From contig OZ286459.1 in assembly GCA_965644265.1 (NCBI GenBank), forward strand, positions 140,554,001-140,618,000: 64,000 nt of DNA, read 5' to 3'. This document shows positions 56,880 through 64,000 of this stretch, piece by piece. The position numbers and the translations under genes were made by a program. Numbering within the stretch: the first letter of the stretch is position 1; every line of letters starts with the position of its first letter. The DNA is from Glycera tridactyla (lineage: Eukaryota). Below the pieces are notes generated by a model that was given only the letters and a program-made list of their open reading frames with translations, did not search any database and was not told where the DNA came from.

Positions 56880-58700
56880 GTGAGTACTGTCAAACCACAT
56901 TTCACCAGTGGGGGCACCAGAGAATGCATTCGAACATGGAGGTCCATTACTCAGGATCAGTCGGTGTTATGAACTATAGCAGCAGGTCTTAAGATTGATC
57001 TACACACACCACCCTACCAACACCACAGGCCTAGAACCAGGGTGGGACCATTGATGATGGAGCCTATGCAAAGGGAAGTGCAGAAGCTACTGTCCTTGTA
57101 AGTGATTGAGCATTGTAAACCATCTAAGGGTGACTACTACTCTACGGTTCATTGTGAAACAGTCCTTCAAAATGGATACGGTTACCACTTGCATGACCCT
57201 TTTACACAGAGACCACTGGATGATGTCTATTGATTTACAGGACGCATACTACAGCATCCTTATACACCCCAAAGACAGAAAATTCTTGCGATTCACGCTA
57301 GGGACCAAACATTACCAGTACAGGGCGTTACCCATGGGGTTGGCCTCAGTGCCCAGAGTTTTTACCAAAATTTGCAAACCCATCATGGCATCTCTGCAGA
57401 GACAGGGGTTAACAGTGTCTATGTATCTGGACGATCTCTGGATCCAGGCGCCCACGGAGAGTGAGTGCAGAAACGCAGGCGACAGGGCCATCGCATTGCT
57501 CGGGAAACTAGGCTTCACAGTCAATGCGGACAAATCATTCATATATCCGACCCAATGCATAGATCATTTAGGCTTTACACTCGATTCGGTTAACATGACA
57601 GCATCTATAACTGCAGATAAAGCGGCAAAATTGCGGGAAAGAGCCGAGCCGATCATAGAGAACAAGGCCACAATTAGGCAGGCTATGTGCCTCTTGGGCA
57701 CCATGCAGTCCTGCGTCCCAGGAGTAGAATTCGGAAATTTATACAAACACAGACTAGAGAGAGTTAAGAACTTGGCGGTTAAGAAGTCCCGCGGTGACCT
57801 AGATTCGCAATTTATCACCGATGAGGACGTAAACACCGACATTGCGTGGTGGGTGACTCATGCCCATGCAACACCGCGACTACTCGCGCCCCCCACAGTC
57901 GAGATCGAGGTCACCACGGACGCCTCCACGCGGGGATGGGGCATTTTTCACAAAGAGTCAGACACCAAGGCTCAGGGTCGATGGTCAATCTGGGAAAAGA
58001 GCCTACACATAAATGTCCTCGAACTGAAGGCAATCCTCCTCAGGCTATGAGCGTTAGAACAATTAGTCCAGAACAAACATATCCATATACTATCGGATAA
58101 CTCCACCTCGGTCACATACATCAACAACCTAGGCGGCTGCAGATCCAGACCTTGCAATAACATGACACGAGACATCTGGTTGTGGGCAATTTCACACAAT
58201 GCTAGACTGTCAGCAACACACATCCCAGGGAAAGACAATGACATGGCGGATGCCCTGAGTAGACTATTCAATGAAAGAACAGAATGGTCCGTTACTGATG
58301 ATGTTTATACCACGTGCTGCCAGATGTTTGATATCAACCCTTCTATAGACCTGTTCGCCTCCCGTTTGAACCATAAAGTTCATTTTGATCCTTATGCTGT
58401 GGCGGTTGATGCTTTCCGACATTCGTGGTTCTGTGCTTCTGTTTTCCCCCTTTCAGTGTGGTGGGGAGGATGCTCCAACGAGTTCAACGAGAGGAGGTGC
58501 TGGCCCTGGTCATGGTCCCGGTGTGGCCCACGGTGGCTTGGTTCAGAACCTTGCTACAGAGCCTGGTGGCATATCCGGCTCAGATCGCAGTCAATGAACA
58601 CACTCTAGAATTACCACACGCACCAGGCACACCACACCCCCTGCAGGGAACTCTTCACCTTTTAGCCTGTCTTATCTCAGGGAGTCCCTCGTACGTCAGG
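56880..58700 (+). pseudogene. DIRS ORF2: reverse transcriptase, RNase H and Dam-like methyltransferase domain (disabled)
   Basis: RT: FKMDT, SIDLQDAYY, YRALPMGL, YLDDLWI. RNase H: TTDASTRGWG, HINVLELKAI, SDNST, HIPGKDNDMADALSR. MT: IDLFASRLN, AVDAF, FPPF, VPVWP..AWF. Stops at 56970 (TGA), 57099 (TAA) and 58048 (TGA); a frameshifting deletion near 57148 removes the usual PKKDG..R.I.NL segment; another frameshift near 58430. Confidence 0.93.
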
Positions 58701-59694
58701 GCCTATCGTTCACGGATGCAAACCTGGTCGCAAATTCATGGAGACCTGCAACATTCAAACAATACCAGTACTACTGGACCCAATGGGCAATATTTTGCGG
58801 TGGGACAGAATATGATCCCCATTATCCAACTGAGTTTGCCATAATGTCATTTATCACGGACCTATTTGACGCGAATAACTCAGCAAACGCAGCTAGAATT
58901 GCTAAGGCGGCCATGCTCTCTCTGAAAATGCTGCTGACGGGCTGTGACTCGCCCATGCCCCTTTTAGACAGGTTGATGAGGAGTATTTGTATGGCCTCCA
59001 AACCAAAACCTAAACATGAAGGCATTTGGGACCCTGACATAGTGCTAAACCACCTACGAGAAAAGTGCAATGACAACCTCACCTTGTTTGAATTGAACCG
59101 GAAATGGCAACCCTTTTGGCACTCTCCACGGGCCAGAGAATACAAACCTTAAAGGCCTTCAAATTATCCAACATGACTACGTCTGGAAATTCAGTCATTT
59201 TTCAAATCAGAGATCGCATGAAACAAACGGGGGTCGGTAGGAAATCTCCCACGATTTTTCTACCAGTTCTTGACACAGACCCATCGCTGTGTGTAGTACG
59301 TTGTCTATTAGCATATTTGAAGAGGATAAGTACAATCAGAAACGGGAATGATCAATTGTTAATAACTTCGAACGTGCCAACAGGGAGGGCCACTACTATC
59401 ACTATTAGCGGCTGGATAAAACGTACCTTAAGGGCTGCGGGCGTTCCGGGATATTTCTCAGCTCACTCCACTAGGGCAGCAGCGGCATCCAAGGCAGCGG
59501 GCTCCATGCCGATTGCAGACATAAGGAATGCCGTTGACTGGCGATCTGAGTCGGTGTTCCGCCGGCACTACCTCCGCCCCATCCGGAACCACGGCCGCGA
59601 ACATGGAGACACCACCACTTCTCGTTGTGTGCCTCACTGCAATCTTTCCTCTGATCCCTCCCCGCTTCCCACTGCCTACAATTACGGTAGGTAG
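58690..59694 (+). pseudogene. DIRS ORF3: tyrosine recombinase (one frameshift near 59103)
   Basis: N-terminal SWRPATFKQY..YW..W..FC, then WDPDIVLNHL and LLALSTGQR (catalytic R), AHSTR (H 59464, R 59473), DW and FRRHY (Y 59569). The R-H-R-Y tetrad is intact. Confidence 0.93.
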
Positions 59695-59722
59695 AAGTTT
59701 GAACAAAATTTTTTGTTTGCAG

Positions 59723-60653
59723 ATGGAGAGCCTAGGGCTTCCCCTGCCATGGCAGCACAGCCTAATGGCGAACTGATGGGAGTTCAAAAAGGTGTTAGAG
59801 CACGACCCGGTGCTGTCTGTGGCAGTGTGCAATGTGGCGCACCAGATCATGATCCCCGAGGCCCCCTGCGAGTGCAACGAATGCGAACACTGCACGGGAT
59901 ACGAAAATGTGGTCCTGGACTTCGTATATTACGTCCACGAACCAGCAGGTTCCACATTGTGAAGCAACGTCAGGCGGCGGGTAGAGGACCACCGGAAGTA
60001 CCTGATGACGGACTGGCTAGCCGCATCGGTTGCGGAACATTTCCCGGATGCGTGTCAGCGTGGCGATCCGGGTTGTACTGGCAGATGGGGACATTTTTGA
60101 GATATAGGGCGGCTTGTTCTTACTACTGTAACATGCTGACACGGACCAATTTTTTTTGGAGAGCATGCAGTAGGGCCGAGGGAGTACGGGGAGCTTGTCG
60201 TTTTTCGTGATTTCAAGGGGGGCGAAGGTACATCAGCGAGATCTCCAGCTTGATTGATATATAGGGAAAAGGGGGGGGGGGGAAATAGCATACACACACA
60301 CACATACACGCACACACGAACACATGCACTCCGCAAACACTCTCCTCTAAATGTACATGAGCACAGATTTTTGGCACACCAACATTCCGATCCTCGTGAT
60401 GGATGGTCTCACGCATGCACATGGAGATCTCCGGTCTTTGAGGCGCCACCCATACTGGGAGGAGTTGGCGTTGACCGAAGGCTGTCCCAGGACTGTGATT
60501 GGCAGCCTACACTCCTGAACAAACCAATGAACAGAGAGACTAGCTGGGGTGTGTTTCACACCCCCCCCCCCCCCCCCTACAAGGTGGTCTGGGCGCCGCT
60601 ACAACGCGGGCGGTTTCGGACGCGCGCTCATGCCGACAACCTCAACCATGTAG
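59723..60653 (+). pseudogene. Accessory ORF of unknown family inside the DIRS element (putative exons 59723-60227 and 60367-60653; six in-frame TGA)
   Basis: Frame starts at ttttttgtttgcag|ATG. Strong G/C third-position bias (about three-quarters in the first ~70 codons, by hand count). Contains CECNECEHC. All internal stops are TGA. A phase-1 intron AAG|gtacat...cacag|AT keeps the frame. Confidence 0.62.
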
Positions 60654-61448
60654 TTTTTTCTTACTCTAGTGACCTAGTGAACTGTGTTTATTGTATGTAT
60701 CTACCGCGCCCTCTCCAGACCTGCATGGTGGGCGTCTGCCTCCTCTTTTTTATATACATACGAACTTCACTTACCACGAACTGTTTTCTTGTTACCTGGC
60801 CAAAACCAATTTCCCTTCCGACTTACCTTCACCCACGTTTTGGATATCTGGAAATAGTTTGAATGTACCCTCACTCCGCCGATTTAGATTGGCTCTGCCT
60901 GACCAGTCCTTTTTCATACGGAAGTCTCAGAACCCCCTTTTTCTCCTTGGATACTTACCAACTAGTTTTCGCGCTATTCACCTGTGTTTTTCTTCAACCA
61001 TACTCACGGAGGCTATACTTACCTTGCTCACTTGTAAAGACTCAACCTTTTAAGTATGTGTCACGGAACCGGGATGCTTCTGGACGGACTGCTTTCTCGT
61101 CCTGCCAGGGGAAGGACACTGATGACAAATGAATCACAATTAGTTGACCTTATTGGAGCCTCTGTAGGCAGATTGCCTGCACCAGTCTCGGACTCGGGCC
61201 GGTGCCAATTTTCTTGCCTTTTTACACACTGTATGTCTTTTTCTGTCAATTGTATATGCATGTCTTATTAAAATTTTACCGTGTTCAGTAGGAAGAACAT
61301 TGTGTGATGTTGTTTCTTGGTCCAACTACAGGGGTTAGAGTGGACTACACTAGTGCCGGAAAACCTACTGGCCTAGGGAAGACAAGGTTGTTTCTCCCTG
61401 ATTTCAGGGAGCTGCTACTCGCCACCATAATTGGGTCGACCTACAAAA

Positions 61449-61574
61449 ATCCTTTGAGACTGAGGGGTGCCCACCGGAAACGGAGGCATCTGATGGAAGG
61501 TTAGACTTAGTATAACGTAGTCTAACCTGCATCAGTTGCCTGTTTCACGGGGGGCACCCCGAAGGATTCACAAA
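61449..61574 (+). repeat. DIRS internal complementary region (ICR, 126 nt)
   Basis: 61449-61495 is complementary to the left end; 61496-61574 is complementary to the right end 61670-61748 (77/79). It encodes the junction ...AACCTTC-CAT-CAGATG... in reverse complement. Confidence 0.95.
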
Positions 61575-61639
61575 CCCGCCCGGGTACCCACCCAAATCGG
61601 GTGAATCCTTCCTCGACCAAATTATGACTTTCAAATTGA

Positions 61640-61751
61640 ATGTACAAGCCGACTAATGCGTCTGTATCCTTTGTGAATCCTTCGGGGTGCCATCCGTGAA
61701 ACAGGCAACTGATGCAGGTTAGACTACGTTATACTAAGTCTAACCTTCCAT
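61640..61751 (+). repeat. DIRS right inverted terminal repeat with ~34-nt 3' extension
   Basis: The reverse complement of 61640-~61714 is a diverged copy of the left ITR (catcagttgcct..gtttcacgg.tggcacccc...caaaggatacagacgc.ttagtcggcttgtacat). The extension holds a 10-bp-arm inverted repeat. Confidence 0.93.
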
Positions 61752-62081
61752 AAGCTTTGCTGTCACTTTCACACATGGCTTTGAGACTATCTTCATGATA
61801 CACTCAGTGTCGTCTGATGTGATGGTTTGGTCTACATTGGTTAGATCCCTCAACATTGCTGACCGTTCAACCCATAGGCTGGAGCACTCTAATAGAGAGT
61901 GGGTCTCATCCGCCACCTTCTCATCAGCACAGATTTGACATTTCGTATCGCAATTGTACATTTTTTAACCTGCCAGTTTACACCATTGATGGAAGGACAC
62001 CACACTTGAATTGCATGATGTTACTGCGATGGATCTTGTATAGATTACATGATACAATATATTGCTGTTGTGAATTATCAT
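61752..62081 (-). mobile_element. Degenerate LINE ORF2 C-terminal fragment (copy C), cut at its 3' side by the DIRS element
   Basis: HDNSQQQYIVSCNLYKIHRSNIMQFKCGVLPSMV*TGR, then after a frameshift CQICADEKVADETHSLLEC...KVTAKLM. Same family type as 45010-47460 and 63036-63433. Confidence 0.8.
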
Positions 62082-63433
62082 GTAGTAGTAGTAAAGACGT
62101 AAAAACGTACTTTATTATACAATCTGAAGACAGTTTCAACAAAGGTGACAAAATAGCGAGGTATATAAGCAGGTACGGCACAGACAAAAGTGATAAATAT
62201 GTAAAAAGGGGAGATGGGCATGAAAGTCTGCACTCCTCGTCCGCTCACAGATTTCGCTAGCAACTCATTGGTTGTCTCCCACCCGGCTAGGGGTTATTAG
62301 ACTGTGTGAATTACCTAATGCTTTACTCTATTTGGTACAACCGGAATTGTGAGGTTCAATATGGCATAGTAGTCAAATATATAATTTGATTTCCTGTCTT
62401 GTTGCGGATGAGTATATGATGATTGTGATGTACATCTATTTTCTTTACAAACAAATAAGTGAACAAACAAACAAACAGCAGGCAAATCGGTTCAATTATC
62501 GAGGGACAAGTATATATCTAAGTCTGGTAGATTTATCAAATATTAACAGGTATTCTGTCCTACTGCCAATGACTTCTTTGCAATCAATTATGAGTACTTC
62601 GTGATCGATCGTGATTCAAAGGCGGGTATCAGTGATGTTACATGATCGACTGGAGAGATGAAGAGCTAACAATTAAACAAACAAACAATACAGTGAAATA
62701 CGAGCAAAGGCTGAGAATGTATCAATTTCTCTGTTCTTATCCCCCTATTTCTGGGCTGGCTGATCCTCCCAAAAAAACGTACATACATTATAGGATAACA
62801 TCCAAGTCTACTGATTAAAGCTCATTCATGTTTGTATCCATAGATGCATATGATAAAATATTCCTAACCTCAAATAAAAAAATAAAAAGTACATCTGAGT
62901 GAGGTGATATATGTGAGCATGCTTGCGGTGTAAGCATAGTGTGAGGCATATTTCAACAGGTGTCTTTGGAATCTCTATAACGACTGGTTTGGTGATCGCC
63001 GACATTGTGCTCTTGTCGCGGGGCTTGTAGATTGGTCATTTGTACAGGATATTCTTACGGGACATGTACAGTTCTTCCAGCCATTTTGCAAATGTGCGTA
63101 TAGGTTCGGGGCCTTGGAGTACTCTCAAGCGCTCGTGGTGGTCCATCATATTGAAAAACTCTACTTCCCATTCTTTTTCTTCTATAAACTGTTGGCGGGC
63201 CGGAGTTAATGCTGTACATGTGAAAATGAAATGTAATTCGTTTTCTACTTCCGGTTTGTGACAGATCTGGCAATGGCGTAGTTCTTCTCTAGTACCTTTA
63301 TATCTCCCTGTCTCTATTTCTAGTGGAAGGACTCCACACACAAGCTTGGCTAGGATGCTTCGACTTGATCTGCTTATATTTTCATTGGTTAGACATCTAA
63401 CCAGTGAGAAATCATGTACTTTCAGATAGGTGC
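62082..63433 (-). mobile_element. LINE 3' fragment (copy A): ORF2 C-terminus, ~0.9-kb 3' UTR, AATAAA and (TAC)4 tail
   Basis: RTYLKVHDFSLVRCLTNENISRSSRSILAKLVCGVLPLEIETGRY...CQICHKPEVENELHFIFTC...RKNILYK* (stop at 63036). AATAAA at 62111-62116, then GTACGTTTTTACGTCTT and (TAC)4. Confidence 0.85.
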
Positions 63434-64000
63434 GTAGTAGTAGTAGTAGTAGTAGTAGTAAAGACGTAAAGACGTAAAGACGTAAAGACGTGGTTTATTA
63501 TACAGTCCAAAGGCACAGTACAAATAATTGTGTAATAATATGTTGATCCGGCTTTGCCTCCCACCCCACATGGGGGTTACTAGACTGTATGAATTACATA
63601 GTACTTTCTACGTATGCTGTGCTACTGGTCATTGTCTTTACCTTAAACTTATTCATCATTGAGCTAGGCGTTGGTCTTACCATTACATATATAGATACAA
63701 TTCCATAAACATAGGTGTTAGTATTATTGATGATCGGCTCTTCAATTCTATCATACAATATCATGGTGGTACCATTGTTAGAATGGAAAATATATATGGT
63801 CAGTACATAAATGGACTACTATACATCATCAAATCTTTCATGGTTGGTTTCGTTATATAAGTTCTTGTATTTAGCTGTTGCCAATGTGAGTCACACACAG
63901 TGCAGCTGGGCCGGGGTTTTCTGCCCTGATGTGCGATCCTCAGGGGGTTGTTGTGTGATTGTGGGTGGGTCGAAATGGTGGGACAGGGGCGGGTTTGTTA
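63434..64000 (-). mobile_element. LINE 3' UTR and tail (copy B), running out of the window
   Basis: AATAAA at 63494-63499, (ACGTCTTT)4 and (TAC)9 tail. Shares the block ctcccacc.....ggggtta.tagactgt.tgaattac (63558-63598) with copy A (62275-62315). Confidence 0.7.

Larger units (their letters stand above)
53733..61751 (+). mobile_element. DIRS1-like tyrosine-recombinase retrotransposon, near full length (~8.0 kb), ORFs disabled
   Basis: Order: left ITR, gag-like ORF, RT-RNaseH-methyltransferase, tyrosine recombinase, extra ORF, ICR, right ITR with 3' extension. CAT lies at both ends (53733-53735, 61749-61751) and equals the circle junction encoded in the ICR. Confidence 0.96.

Noticed and set aside
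59713-60210. The 165-aa stop-free ORF in the track as the real DIRS accessory protein
   Set aside because: Its codons start on the G/C-rich third positions of the 59723 frame, which explains the lack of stops. Its R/G/P/A-rich composition is typical of a shadow frame.
59723-60653. Reading the six in-frame TGA codons as selenocysteine
   Set aside because: No SECIS element was recognised, the contexts do not look like redox motifs, and the element's other ORFs show the same C-to-T-type nonsense decay. CGA-to-TGA is more parsimonious.

Overview
AT-rich, microsatellite-rich animal genomic DNA with ten N-gaps; no prokaryotic features. The host gene family suggests a lophotrochozoan, probably an annelid (inference). 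All assignments are by eye, with no database searches. Main contents: (1) the 3' five coding exons of a + strand type-I membrane gene (CUB domain, Sushi/CCP-like domain, short linker, TM helix, Tyr/Pro-rich tail; 34481-48147), whose upstream exons I could not find. (2) An ~8.0-kb DIRS1-like tyrosine-recombinase retrotransposon (53733-61751) with intact terminal repeats, internal complementary region (ICR) and a CAT trinucleotide at both ends, but disabled gag, RT-RNaseH-methyltransferase and recombinase ORFs. Between the recombinase and the ICR it carries an extra, apparently spliced, Cys-cluster ORF of unknown family, hidden from the ORF track by in-frame TGA codons; this is the most novel item. 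(3) Several non-LTR retrotransposon fragments, including one group whose copies all abut (TAC)n tracts, three of them stacked head-to-tail. (4) Two minisatellites (57 bp x ~20; 52 bp x 10) and many microsatellites.
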